Of a stretch of DNA of 64,000 nucleotides, positions 47,933 to 56,987 are shown one piece after another. Origin of the DNA: a virus; IMG/VR virus record IMGVR_UViG_3300050120_000309, positions 1-64,000 of that record, one strand, 5' to 3'. A program made the translations under genes and the position numbers. The notes below the pieces were generated by a model. That model saw only the letters and a program-made list of their open reading frames with translations, did not search any database and was not told the DNA's origin. The number at the start of each line of letters is the position of its first letter. Within the stretch, counting starts at the first letter, position 1.

Positions 47933-49483
47933 CTATGCAGCGTGAGGAAGTTTGAAGCCGTAGTTCAATGACCTCGAGGGGCTCTTTTCAATGACGGATG
48001 AGATGAATAGCGCGTTGATGCCTTCGGTGAAACTCACCTTGTGCGCATGCAGCGCCCGGCGGGAGAGCACGTATCCCTTCTTCGCATGCCAGCGGTCGGC
48101 AGGAGAGAGGGAGGGAATCTGGTGGTGGATGATGCCGTCGATTTCACGCGAAACCTCGTGGTGCAGGTGACCTGTGAAGAAGTACTGGAAGTCTGAGGCA
48201 CCCCAACCGTTGCGGGCTTCGCCGGCCATGAGGCCCGGCAGCATGGTGACCTTCTCGTCGTTTCCATGCGCGAATCCCATCAGGGTATTCCCGTAGAGAG
48301 CGTACTGGCGGGGGTCGGTGGTGACGCGGACTTCGACGTCACTGTCATTTCGGTACCAGGCCTTGAGGAAGTGGAGCAGGCTCAGGGAGTTCTGATAGTC
48401 GTGGTTGCCAGGGCAGGCGATGAGGCAGACCGGACCAATCTGACGAAGCAAGTCAATGTGCTTGACGGCCAGCATGTTGCCCTCAAAGATCATGTTCTCC
48501 GGCAGACCATCGAGGTCCTGGGGAGTGAGAGCAGTGGTTGAGGCGGCAAGGTTGTCGACATGAAACCAGTCGCTACCCACCGGCACGAAGATGACTTCGG
48601 GGCGGCCATGGCGCGCAACCTGCTCAAGCAAGCGAGAGGTGTGGTCGATCAGCAGCTGCTCGGTCTGAACCTTGGAGTAGGTCTGTCCGCCGGCGTCGGT
48701 CCAGCCCACCTTGCCGAAGTGAAGATCAGTGGGGGAGACGATGAGGGCGAAGCGCTCGGCAGCCTGGATCTTGGGCATGGAGAGCATGGGAGGGCGGTAG
48801 GAGGGGGCGAAGCGCTCGATGTGCTCCATGAATGGGGCCACGACGTTGTGCTGCAGGTCGCGGTACTTGTCCGCGTCCGATTGAGTCTCTTTCCACTTCT
48901 CTATCTCGTAGCCCTGGGAGAGTGCCTGACGGCGCATCTGAAGTGCGGTCTCGATCAGCTCTTCGACGGGGCGCGTCATCAGCTCTTCAGCAGAGAACGG
49001 CTCCTTGTCGTGTGTCCATCCGTGGATGGTCTTGTACTCGGCGAACCAGGGGCGAGGGAAGGTGAAGGTGCGGCACATCTCGTTGACGGAGGCAGGCGCG
49101 CCGTCCCAGTTTGAGTAGGCCTTGGCCATGTCACGGTGAGTCGTACCGGACACCACAACCGGCTCCGGCGCATTGCGCAGGAAGGTCACATAGGTGTCGG
49201 TCTTCTCGTTGTAGACGTAGCGGGAAACCTTGGTATCTCCAACAGCTTGGCTGAGCAGGTGGATCTTGCTTTGCTTCTCTGAGACTTCCTTCACAGGCTC
49301 AGGCTTGGCGGAGCTCTTCTTGGCGGCCGGTGTGGCCAACTTCATACGGCGCTCGATTGTGTCTCGGCTTACACCGTACTTCTCAGCAATCTGTGTGACC
49401 GTGAGGTTGTTTGGCGCCGCCAGTTCCGTCTCGATCATCTCGAGTGTGACTTTCGCGCGGGGCCGTCCCTTTTTCATCGTCAT
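47933..49483 (-). CDS. HTH plus calcineurin-like metallophosphoesterase
   Basis: N-terminal HTH (TVTQIAEKYGVSRDTIERR); DLHFG, GSDWFH, GNHD, AHG, GHLHH motifs. Confidence 0.85.
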   Translation of the reverse strand: MTMKKGRPRAKVTLEMIETELAAPNNLTVTQIAEKYGVSRDTIERRMKLATPAAKKSSAKPEPVKEVSEKQSKIHLLSQAVGDTKVSRYVYNEKTDTYVTFLRNAPEPVVVSGTTHRDMAKAYSNWDGAPASVNEMCRTFTFPRPWFAEYKTIHGWTHDKEPFSAEELMTRPVEELIETALQMRRQALSQGYEIEKWKETQSDADKYRDLQHNVVAPFMEHIERFAPSYRPPMLSMPKIQAAERFALIVSPTDLHFGKVGWTDAGGQTYSKVQTEQLLIDHTSRLLEQVARHGRPEVIFVPVGSDWFHVDNLAASTTALTPQDLDGLPENMIFEGNMLAVKHIDLLRQIGPVCLIACPGNHDYQNSLSLLHFLKAWYRNDSDVEVRVTTDPRQYALYGNTLMGFAHGNDEKVTMLPGLMAGEARNGWGASDFQYFFTGHLHHEVSREIDGIIHHQIPSLSPADRWHAKKGYVLSRRALHAHKVSFTEGINALFISSVIEKSPSRSLNYGFKLPHAA

Positions 49484-49575
49484 CCAAGGTCTCCAAAAGG
49501 TGATCCTGACGGCCGTTGCTGACCGTCAGGCTGTGCAGCCAGGCTTTCGCCTGAGTGCCGTGTGGGGATTCGGTG

Positions 49576-50340
49576 TTACAAGAAATCCGGGTCGAGCTTG
49601 CGAAGCTTATCCCCACGAGCAGACTGTTCTGTCCCGATGTCATTTCCCTTCGCCTTGCCTTCAGCCTTGGCGATCTTCCACTTCTGTTCGGGGGTGAGCA
49701 TCCAGTCCTTGAGAATCATCCTGCGCCTGGCTTCCAGTTGAGCCAAAAGCTCAGCGTTGATATGGAGAACTCTTTCCCATGTGAGGGGAAGAACTTGCTG
49801 ATTTGTGCCACCTTCTGCGTCTTGCGTCGCAAAGCTGATGGCATCGGTGACGTTGACCTGGGTAAGGCGGGCACCTTCGCCTGCGGATAGGATGTTGACG
49901 CAGCGCTGCTCCTGGACGTCGATGTAGGTCAGGGTCGAGACCATCGCCCGGGCATCTTCCGTCAATTGATCCGGTTCCTGGCCGATTGTTCTGCACCAGC
50001 TGGAGAACCGTTCTTCGATGAGGTTGCGCTCGATCGGGCAAAGCTTGCCCTCTGGCGCCTTCTCCATACGAAGGAGGGGGCACTTGGCGGCGTAGGCGCA
50101 GCGGTCTTCAGGCTTCACGTTGACCTGGTTGCCTGGGCAGATGAGTACGGAGCCGCCAGCGGGTCCCAGGATGACCAGGGATTGCTGGAAGGCCTTGAGC
50201 TCGAGTGCTTCAGGTTGAGTCAGTCCCAGCTCGGCGGTAGTGCCAAGGATGGATGTGAAGGTGAAGGCGGGCTTCATGGAAGCGAGATCGGCCGCGTCGA
50301 GCGAGACCATCCCGTCCAGTCGAATGTCAGATGGGGGCAT
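49576..50340 (-). CDS. Cys-cluster protein, possible terminase small subunit
   Basis: CPG...C...CPL...CPIE then helical region ending LTPEQK; late-region position; TerS role is inference only. Confidence 0.35.
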   Translation of the reverse strand: MPPSDIRLDGMVSLDAADLASMKPAFTFTSILGTTAELGLTQPEALELKAFQQSLVILGPAGGSVLICPGNQVNVKPEDRCAYAAKCPLLRMEKAPEGKLCPIERNLIEERFSSWCRTIGQEPDQLTEDARAMVSTLTYIDVQEQRCVNILSAGEGARLTQVNVTDAISFATQDAEGGTNQQVLPLTWERVLHINAELLAQLEARRRMILKDWMLTPEQKWKIAKAEGKAKGNDIGTEQSARGDKLRKLDPDFL

Positions 50341-50342
50341 GG

Positions 50343-50948
50343 CTATGAGTACTCTTTCAGTCGGCGAAGGACTGTATCTTGGCTGATGTGAAACTCTTCA
50401 GCGATCTTCTTAGTGCTCAAGCCTCTATCCCAAGCTGCCTGGACCTCAGATGTTGAGATCACTCGGGGCCGACCTATCCCGGAAGTGACTGATTTACGAA
50501 CAGTCTGTTTGATCGGACGGATACGAACTCGGTGAAGCTGCGCCTCTATTGAGTTTTCGACCCACTGTATTGAACGAGGAGGACGGGATTTGCCTCGCTT
50601 TGATAGGCCGATCTTTGATTTATGTTCTTCGGATTGAGGACCTATAACGGCCCCTGATGGGCCTTCGCCTCCATCAGTTAGGTTTCGAAGACAGCCTGTT
50701 CCAATATCAATGCGTCCATGCAGAGCGATTAGTTTTATCTCTTCAGCAAACGCTTCTTGCTCCGTGAGATTGCTCTTCACGATCTCTATGTGAGTGTGAT
50801 TGGTTGGTCGTTTGTGATGTCGCCCTTTGGTAAAAGCTCGGTAACCCGAACCTTTACCGATGTAATATGGTGTGCCGGCGCAGCCACTGGGGCTGTCTTT
50901 GCTTCTAACGTACTGATACACATAGAAGTCGTTGCGCGGAGAGAGCAT
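50343..50948 (-). CDS. GIY-YIG-family homing endonuclease with NUMOD3 and C-terminal HTH
   Basis: FYVYQY...PYYIGKGSGYR...E...LRNLTDGGEG; SEEHKSKIG; start set to ATG 50948 just downstream of motif copy 6. Confidence 0.85.
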   Translation of the reverse strand: MLSPRNDFYVYQYVRSKDSPSGCAGTPYYIGKGSGYRAFTKGRHHKRPTNHTHIEIVKSNLTEQEAFAEEIKLIALHGRIDIGTGCLRNLTDGGEGPSGAVIGPQSEEHKSKIGLSKRGKSRPPRSIQWVENSIEAQLHRVRIRPIKQTVRKSVTSGIGRPRVISTSEVQAAWDRGLSTKKIAEEFHISQDTVLRRLKEYS

Positions 50949-50958
50949 GCTGACCTGA

Positions 50959-50970
50959 CTAGTATAGGAA
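50959..50970 (-). promoter_or_regulatory. Putative late promoter TTCCTATACTAG (copy 6)
   Basis: Exact 12-mer, 10 nt before ATG 50948; marks the upstream edge of the late region. Confidence 0.7.
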
Positions 50971-51180
50971 CTTGCCGCAAAAGGCAGGACCCCGAGCCGG
51001 CACGTATGCACACTCGGGGTCGATTGGCGGGGTAGGAGAGGAGGTTTGCTTTGGTCTGGGAGGGAGGCGACGGCGACCGTGGCAGGTGAGCTGAGGTTTG
51101 TCTTCCTGGATTGAAGTCGTTTACCCAATGGGGTTTAGACACAGGAGGGAAGGGAAGGAATAGAGGGAATTGGGTCCCGA

Positions 51181-51687
51181 CTAATCCTGGATGGGGAAAA
51201 CCTTATGCACTGCCGAGTCTGACAGGACGGCTGCGACGTGGATCGAGCAAACGTGGCGCTCTTTGAGCATGTCCTCGCCGTATGCGACTACCCATTCCGC
51301 CAGATCCATACATTGCGACATGTACTGGTCCACATAGGAGCAGTTCGAGTTCGAGGAGTGCTCCCAGCAGCCATCACCGTTGTTGAAGCAGAGCACAGCG
51401 TAGCGGCCGTGGGAACGCTTTAGGTAGTAGGCCGGCGCATTGAGCGCGCCGCACTTGGTGCAGGCCAGTGTCGTACCGTGGCTTGGTTTGATGGACGTTT
51501 GTGCAATCAGTCCAGCAAAGAAGTCTTCGACACCGCGGATCATAGCTGTCAGGTCGAAAGGTCGGAACATCGGGGACACGCTGGTCTCTCCAGGTGTTTC
51601 AGACATTCGACGGATGATCTCGTGCGACGCCTGCGCGGCATGCTCTGGGGTAGTGATCTGAAGAACGGGACTTGAGGTATCCAACAT
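51181..51687 (-). CDS. Cys-rich hypothetical protein
   Basis: CTKCG, C...CWEH, C...C...CSIH; GGAG SD before ATG 51687. Confidence 0.6.
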   Translation of the reverse strand: MLDTSSPVLQITTPEHAAQASHEIIRRMSETPGETSVSPMFRPFDLTAMIRGVEDFFAGLIAQTSIKPSHGTTLACTKCGALNAPAYYLKRSHGRYAVLCFNNGDGCWEHSSNSNCSYVDQYMSQCMDLAEWVVAYGEDMLKERHVCSIHVAAVLSDSAVHKVFPIQD

Positions 51688-51739
51688 GGGTGTTATCTCC
51701 ACCATCAGAATCAGATAGGGAGGGTACTTAGCCAAAGGT

Positions 51740-52090
51740 ATGAGAAAGAAGGTTTGCTTTTCTACTATTTACTCAGAGTAAAACGTCAGAGTAACAATGA
51801 AACAGATTGCAAATAGGGGGTACTTTGATAAAGAGGAACAGCATAATGCCTAAAGCATTATGCAAGGTGAACTATGAGTAAAAGGGTTTGAGTAGAAAGG
51901 GTATGTATTAAGTAATAAGTACTCTGAGTATAGTTTTACTCTGAGTAGTACTTACTCGCAGGCTCGTAACGGTAGGGTAGCACCACCAGACGACGACGCC
52001 AAAGGCACAACTACACTCTGAGTAAAAGTACTTCTGGAACTCAGAAGAACCCTTTAGACATGGACAGATCTGAGTACTCAGACCCATCCC
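51740..52090 (+). repeat. AT-rich non-coding array of palindromic TACTC(A/T)GAGTA repeats; candidate replication origin or operator array
   Basis: TTTACTCAGAGTAAA 51768-51782, TACTCTGAGTA 51920-51930 and 51937-51947, ACTCTGAGTA 52015-52024, TCTGAGTACTCAGA 52069-52082, several GAGTA half-sites; hairpin GCATAATGC-CTAAA-GCATTATGC 51841-51863. Confidence 0.7.
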
Positions 52091-52130
52091 CCTGTTCCGC
52101 GGCTCCCCCTTCCCATCGCAACCAGGCGCA

Positions 52131-52155
52131 GAAAAGCCCGACACAAGGCCGGGCT
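52131..52155 (-). terminator. Rho-independent terminator ending the minus-strand accessory genes
   Basis: AGCCCGGC-CTTGT-GTCGGGCT followed by TTTC. Confidence 0.65.
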
Positions 52156-52179
52156 CATCTGGTGGGTCTGGGTATGAGA

Positions 52180-52464
52180 TTAGAACGGACGTAGCAAGCG
52201 CTCAGCGGCCTCGTGTGCTGTCACAGCGATCAGGACGTAGACGAGGAGCCAGATGAGGCCTGTGAGAGCCAGGAAGCCCTGGATGAAGAACGTGACAACG
52301 GATGCAAGGACGGTCCCCAGCAAGATCAGTGGCACACTGGAGTAAATCCCCCAGGAAGACTTGATTTGCCAGACGAGACGAGGCAATGCCCAGGTCAGGA
52401 GGGTGGCACAGATGACTGCAAGCTCACTGATTCGTCCCTGATTAGGATCGAAGGTTATGTGCAT
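52180..52464 (-). CDS. Small multi-TM membrane protein
   Basis: 94 aa with about three hydrophobic segments. Confidence 0.6.
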   Translation of the reverse strand: MHITFDPNQGRISELAVICATLLTWALPRLVWQIKSSWGIYSSVPLILLGTVLASVVTFFIQGFLALTGLIWLLVYVLIAVTAHEAAERLLRPF

Positions 52465-52780
52465 CGTCGAGGTCCTTTCCCTGGATCAGGAACGTGCCGT
52501 CGGCCGCGTATCTGCTGAGGGACGGTCCGAGGTAGTTGATCATCTGCTGCTGAGCACAGAAGCGCTCGCATTCGCTGAGGTACTTGAAGATGAGATCGGC
52601 ATGCTCACCCTTGGCTTGGAGGGAGGTACCGTCATCGAGGGTGATCACGTAGCTGATAGCCTTCACCGTCGACAGGTCGGCGAAGTTGACGGCCGGTGCG
52701 ACAGCGGCTGCCGGCTTGGCAATAGCGCGGGGCTTTGTAGCGGGACGGGGCGGCAGGACAATCTTCTTGAGGGTGGGCAT
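52442..52780 (-). CDS. Hypothetical protein
   Basis: 112 aa, AAGGAG SD. Confidence 0.65.
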   Translation of the reverse strand: MPTLKKIVLPPRPATKPRAIAKPAAAVAPAVNFADLSTVKAISYVITLDDGTSLQAKGEHADLIFKYLSECERFCAQQQMINYLGPSLSRYAADGTFLIQGKDLDDAHNLRS

Positions 52781-52783
52781 GTG

Positions 52784-52948
52784 TTACTCCTTTGAATCGA
52801 ACTCTTCCTGGGTGGGCTCTACAACATCGGCCGGCACTTCATCGACAAGGCGCTTGCCACCGACACCGAAGATGTAGAGGACAAATGCAAGCATCAGAAG
52901 GCAGAGGAAGATGAAGAACCAGAACACGAATGGGTGTGGCTGAGGCAT
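52784..52948 (-). CDS. Small single-TM protein
   Basis: MPQPHPFVFWFFIFLCLLMLAFVLYIFG...; AAGGAG SD. Confidence 0.6.
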   Translation of the reverse strand: MPQPHPFVFWFFIFLCLLMLAFVLYIFGVGGKRLVDEVPADVVEPTQEEFDSKE

Positions 52949-52956
52949 GGGGCTCC

Positions 52957-53295
52957 TTAGTTCTCGAGCTTGGAATTGGTTTGAAGCTGAGGGCAGATAA
53001 CCGTACATGCGCGCTGCGCATTCTCAGCAGACATCATCAGGTACCCAAGTTGGGGGAAGATGATGGAGATGGAGGCGGCTAGCGCGCCGCGCGTACCGAT
53101 GTCCAAGCCGACCCGAGAGTCCGGTGTCTTGCCAGCCTTGATCAACTCGTACTCTTCGGCATAGATATGCGTCATCGTCGCTGCAGCTTGACCCAGCTCC
53201 TCTTCGAGCACAATCAGCTTGCTCTTGAGTCGCTCCAGGTCAAAATACAGATCGATGTACTGCAGGGTTTCTTTGGTGCGGTGTGGGGTACTCAT
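52957..53295 (-). CDS. Hypothetical protein (probably leaderless)
   Basis: 112 aa; CTTTGGCTC box at 53324-53332. Confidence 0.65.
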   Translation of the reverse strand: MSTPHRTKETLQYIDLYFDLERLKSKLIVLEEELGQAAATMTHIYAEEYELIKAGKTPDSRVGLDIGTRGALAASISIIFPQLGYLMMSAENAQRACTVICPQLQTNSKLEN

Positions 53296-53361
53296 AGATG
53301 CAGCTTTGCCCAGAAGGACTCATGAGCCAAAGCTATATAGTGCGAAAACTTGGACGGGTCT

Positions 53362-53562
53362 TTATGCGGAATCATCCACCAGAGTTGTTGTGATCTGATT
53401 CTCGCTGGAGAGCAAACTGGTACCCCGACATGCCTGAATGTATAGAGGCTTCTCATAGGCAAACGTGTTCGCCTTGAAGAGATGGGCCACGCCCTCCGCA
53501 ATCTCGGAAGCAGAGACCAGGCCTTTCGTCTCGATCATGAATTCAACGTGAACAGATGACAT
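53362..53562 (-). CDS. Hypothetical protein
   Basis: 66 aa, GGAAGG upstream. Confidence 0.45.
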   Translation of the reverse strand: MSSVHVEFMIETKGLVSASEIAEGVAHLFKANTFAYEKPLYIQACRGTSLLSSENQITTTLVDDSA

Positions 53563-53670
53563 GAGCGACCTTCCGTGCTGCGGCTGCCGGCGGTGACTTG
53601 GGTTCCGTAGTTGGGCGCCAAGTGCTGCGTGGAGTCTTAGTGACGCGAATGAAGGATCGGCAGTTGGCCA

Positions 53671-54072
53671 TTACTGAACTACCTCGCCTGTTTTGAGATT
53701 CGTCGTTCCTTCGATAAAGGGCCAGTCCTCGAACTTCTCCAGAAGTGCCCAGGAGATCTCAGAGATTGCTACCCACCAAGGCGCCTGTGGGGCCGAGAAG
53801 TCACAGATGATGCCATGCTCGTCGGTATAGGATCCGCCAGCAAAGGTCTGACGGGTCTTTTCATGGACAGCTTTGATTGCTCCCTGCATCTCGAAGAGCT
53901 CGCCGTTACGGACCAGAACGCTATCAGAGGTGACGAGCCTGAAGGTGGCAAGATCCTTCACTTCGCCGGGGATGAAGTTGCTAACGACACGAGGGGCAGA
54001 CTTCACTTTGCCCTGGACGACGAAGCGGGCCATGAAATAGCCCGAGGTTTCGAGATTGATGAGTTCTGACAT
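53671..54072 (-). CDS. Hypothetical protein (probably leaderless)
   Basis: Start MSELINLE supported by CTTTGGCTC box at 54101-54109. Confidence 0.65.
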   Translation of the reverse strand: MSELINLETSGYFMARFVVQGKVKSAPRVVSNFIPGEVKDLATFRLVTSDSVLVRNGELFEMQGAIKAVHEKTRQTFAGGSYTDEHGIICDFSAPQAPWWVAISEISWALLEKFEDWPFIEGTTNLKTGEVVQ

Positions 54073-54160
54073 GAGTTGAATATGAACTGCATGTCCGTAG
54101 GAGCCAAAGACAACGCCCACCTTTATCAGATGGGCGTTGTCAGAGACTACTGATGGTTCG

Positions 54161-54889
54161 TTATGCCGCGACCCGCTCCGGTGAGTTGGAGAACAGTGTG
54201 GTCCAGGCTGCCGCCATCTTGATGCCAGACCCGATGCTGTAGATGATGGTCCGTGAGGCGTCAGCATCAGCTAGGTGGTCGGCATAGTCGGTGATCTCCG
54301 TGGCCAGTTCTTCAAGGCCAACAAGGAAGCCTTCCTCGGTCAGGTTTGGGACCTGGTCGACGAACGCAAGGATCATGTCTTCGACATCATCGAAGGACTC
54401 TTCGAGTTCACTCTCGATAAGGGAGAGATTTTCCTGTTCATCCTCAGTGACTGCGCCACACGCAATGCCCAGGATGACGTCCGCGAGAGCATCGGACAGC
54501 GTGTCGTCACTCAGCTCATCGTTGAAGCCGAAGTCGGTTCCAAGGGCCTCAGCACGAACCTGCGCGCCATGCACAGGACAGTCGACGTTGTCGCAGTACT
54601 CCTCGCCGGCCCCACCTTGTGCCTGCAGAAGATCCTCTGATGCTGTTCCGGGATCAGTCTCGATAAGAAGGCGCTCGGGGTTGTTGGTCAAGAGCAAGGC
54701 CGCGCCGTTGGGCGGGTAGGAGAAGATGCCAGTCTCCAGGGTCTCACCGATCGTTCCGTCGATCTCTCCAGCCTCTACAGACTCGATGACCGGGATCAGT
54801 GCTTTGAGCAGCTCAAAGGTGGAAGGGGACTTGTAGTTCTGGATCAGGATCTGGGTTCCCGACTCAAGTGCAAATGTGATTGACGCCAT
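54161..54889 (-). CDS. Highly acidic protein with C-x4-C-x2-H motif
   Basis: Very Asp/Glu-rich, about seven Lys/Arg in 242 aa; GGAGG SD and box at 54932-54940. Confidence 0.7.
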   Translation of the reverse strand: MASITFALESGTQILIQNYKSPSTFELLKALIPVIESVEAGEIDGTIGETLETGIFSYPPNGAALLLTNNPERLLIETDPGTASEDLLQAQGGAGEEYCDNVDCPVHGAQVRAEALGTDFGFNDELSDDTLSDALADVILGIACGAVTEDEQENLSLIESELEESFDDVEDMILAFVDQVPNLTEEGFLVGLEELATEITDYADHLADADASRTIIYSIGSGIKMAAAWTTLFSNSPERVAA

Positions 54890-55083
54890 AGGTGTTGCCT
54901 CCGACTACGAGATTGCCGTTTGGTGGGGTTCGAGCCAAAGCTAAGAGCCAAGACCCTTCAGGAACTGGCCCGGTGTGCGCGGCGAACCTCTATGAATCAA
55001 CTTACGGATCGTTCGTATGCGAAGCCATCCGGTGATCCCCTGACGTGTGCATAGGGAAAGCAGCCAGAGACGGAACCGGATCG

Positions 55084-55704
55084 TCACAGCCGTTCCTGGA
55101 AAGTGACCTGCTGCTCCAGCATGCCGAGGGCGGTATGAGTGGCACGAGAAAGGACATTGCTCCCTGTAACCCCACAGGCGATATATTTGAGTCCCTTGTT
55201 ACGGGCCTCCGTCTTGGCTTGGGTGTACATCTGCCGGTAGAGGCCTCGGCGCCGATGATCTGGATGAGTCCAGACGGTGCCGATCCACGCAGCGTTACCT
55301 TCGACCCACTGAAACCAGACCAGGATCGCTACGGTGACTCCCAGGTGTTGGATGTAGACAACGTGATCCCAAGAACGCGCAAAGAAGGTCTCACCAGTTC
55401 CTTCGCTGACATGCTCGGCCCCAATCTCGCGGGAGGCGGCATGTGCGATGGCCATCAATTCGCCATCGCCTATTTCATCGAGGCTTAGGGCGCCACTGTA
55501 GTCACTGGGGATCTCTTGAGGGAGGAACATGGCAGATAGGTTCTCGAGGAGGTTCTCATCGTCCAAGGTAATGAACGACGTGGTGCTGAAACGCAGGTTG
55601 AGGACACCAGACTCTTCACCTCGGTTCACACCGATCTGAAGTTCAGTCATTGGTCCAAAAGGGGAGGGAACAGGAAGCTTTGCGTCCAGAAGCGTGAAGA
55701 GCAA
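55084..55704 (-). CDS. GNAT-family acetyltransferase
   Basis: WIGTVWTHPDHRRRGLYRQM (acetyl-CoA motif A) and VTGSNVLSRATHTALG. Confidence 0.75.
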   Translation of the reverse strand: MLFTLLDAKLPVPSPFGPMTELQIGVNRGEESGVLNLRFSTTSFITLDDENLLENLSAMFLPQEIPSDYSGALSLDEIGDGELMAIAHAASREIGAEHVSEGTGETFFARSWDHVVYIQHLGVTVAILVWFQWVEGNAAWIGTVWTHPDHRRRGLYRQMYTQAKTEARNKGLKYIACGVTGSNVLSRATHTALGMLEQQVTFQERL

Positions 55705-55707
55705 TAG

Positions 55708-56088
55708 CTACTCCAGGGAGGGGATGATTTCGAGGTAGGAAGCGAGACGTCCGCCGCCGCACATGAGTCCGGGTGTTTCGACTTCAGGGTCGTGGATGAT
55801 TCCAGCCCAGTTCAATGCCCAGTGGCCGGCAAACGGCTGGCCCTTGGTGTGGAACAGGATGTGCAGCAAAGCGTAGTCAGGTGGTTTGCCCACACCGCGC
55901 CAGCGCTGCAATCCTTTGCCTTTGACCTCAATGTTCAGAGAATCAAGTGCAGAAACGAGCTCCCAGGTCTTGGTGCCATGGTTGTGTCCGAACAGTTCGA
56001 TCGACTCCTCGACGGAGATGCCGGCTGCCATTGCAACAACGGTCTGACCACAGACCCGGGAGTTCTTTGGTTGTACGAGATGAATCAT
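55708..56088 (-). CDS. Papain-like (C39-like) cysteine peptidase
   Basis: Q...CGQTVVAM...GHW...IHDP catalytic pattern. Confidence 0.7.
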   Translation of the reverse strand: MIHLVQPKNSRVCGQTVVAMAAGISVEESIELFGHNHGTKTWELVSALDSLNIEVKGKGLQRWRGVGKPPDYALLHILFHTKGQPFAGHWALNWAGIIHDPEVETPGLMCGGGRLASYLEIIPSLE

Positions 56089-56318
56089 TAGGCGAGGTTG
56101 AACGTGATCGTGTCGCCCTTTTTCATCTGGAACATGGGGACAGAGTCGGGAGGAAGATCGAACCAGATAGCGGCGAGGCCGCGCTGGCCGGTGCTTGAGA
56201 CGTAGGGTACGGAGAGCTTGGAGTAGGTGGCGGTCTTCGGTGGGTTGGAGAAAGGCTGATCACGACGTTCGATTTCGGCGGTCGGGGTGTCGGTGGCTGT
56301 GAAAGTGACGGACTTCAT
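56088..56318 (-). CDS. Hypothetical protein (probably leaderless)
   Basis: 76 aa; box at 56347-56355. Confidence 0.6.
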   Translation of the reverse strand: MKSVTFTATDTPTAEIERRDQPFSNPPKTATYSKLSVPYVSSTGQRGLAAIWFDLPPDSVPMFQMKKGDTITFNLA

Positions 56319-56321
56319 GAA

Positions 56322-56573
56322 CTAGAGTCTGCCCGGCCTGGGACCCGAGCCAAAGTGATAGTCCAACGAAGTCTCGCCTTCCGGATCAACGATCTGTTCG
56401 ATCTTGAAATAGAGCTGAATGACAACCATCCAAACGTGCCGGTACGCACGCCACAGACGAGGCCACCAGTGCGTCGGAAGCTCCCCGGCACGCAGCTCAG
56501 CTACATTCCTTTCGTACGGATAGGCAACGCCCAAATCGGAGATGTACTGGAGGTGTTCGCTACGGTCTGACAT
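56322..56573 (-). CDS. Hypothetical protein, paralog of 56560-56781
   Basis: GELPTHWWPRLW; GAGGAGG SD. Confidence 0.6.
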   Translation of the reverse strand: MSDRSEHLQYISDLGVAYPYERNVAELRAGELPTHWWPRLWRAYRHVWMVVIQLYFKIEQIVDPEGETSLDYHFGSGPRPGRL

Positions 56574-56781
56574 GGCTACCCTCCTCGGCGCCAAGCTCCA
56601 TGATCTGGGCCATCTTCAGCCAGAAGCGATACCAGAGATGAGTCGGCAGCTTACCTTCCGCCAAGACCCTCCGGTTGTCCTTGAAGCGATAGGAGAGACC
56701 GATCCGGAGCATCCGGTCGGTGTGCATCTCGAGCTGCTCTTCTGGGGTCAATGCTGGTGCGAAGTGAAATGGGAAGGTCAT
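56560..56781 (-). CDS. Hypothetical protein, paralog of 56322-56573
   Basis: GKLPTHLWYRFW; ATGA coupling. Confidence 0.6.
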   Translation of the reverse strand: MTFPFHFAPALTPEEQLEMHTDRMLRIGLSYRFKDNRRVLAEGKLPTHLWYRFWLKMAQIMELGAEEGSHVRP

Positions 56782-56987
56782 GAGATCTCGAAGATGATAC
56801 GATCGCCGGCTTTGAGACCGAGAGGTGTGAGGAAGATGCCAGGTGTAGCGAACTTCATGTGGACGGTGCCTGAGATCCGAGAGTCTTCCTGAGTGAAAGC
56901 AACCTGCATCTCAGGGAACTCGCCATTCTCGTTGATAGTGACATCGAGGGAGGGATCAGCAAGGACCTGCAGAACGAGACGCTTCAT
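56778..56987 (-). CDS. Hypothetical protein
   Basis: 69 aa, coupled on both sides. Confidence 0.55.
   Translation of the reverse strand: MKRLVLQVLADPSLDVTINENGEFPEMQVAFTQEDSRISGTVHMKFATPGIFLTPLGLKAGDRIIFEIS

Noticed and set aside
51740-52090. CRISPR array or the 78-aa ORF 51908-52144
   Set aside because: Repeats are only about 11 bp with irregular spacing and no cas genes; the ORF lacks an SD, starts inside a terminator and has atypical composition
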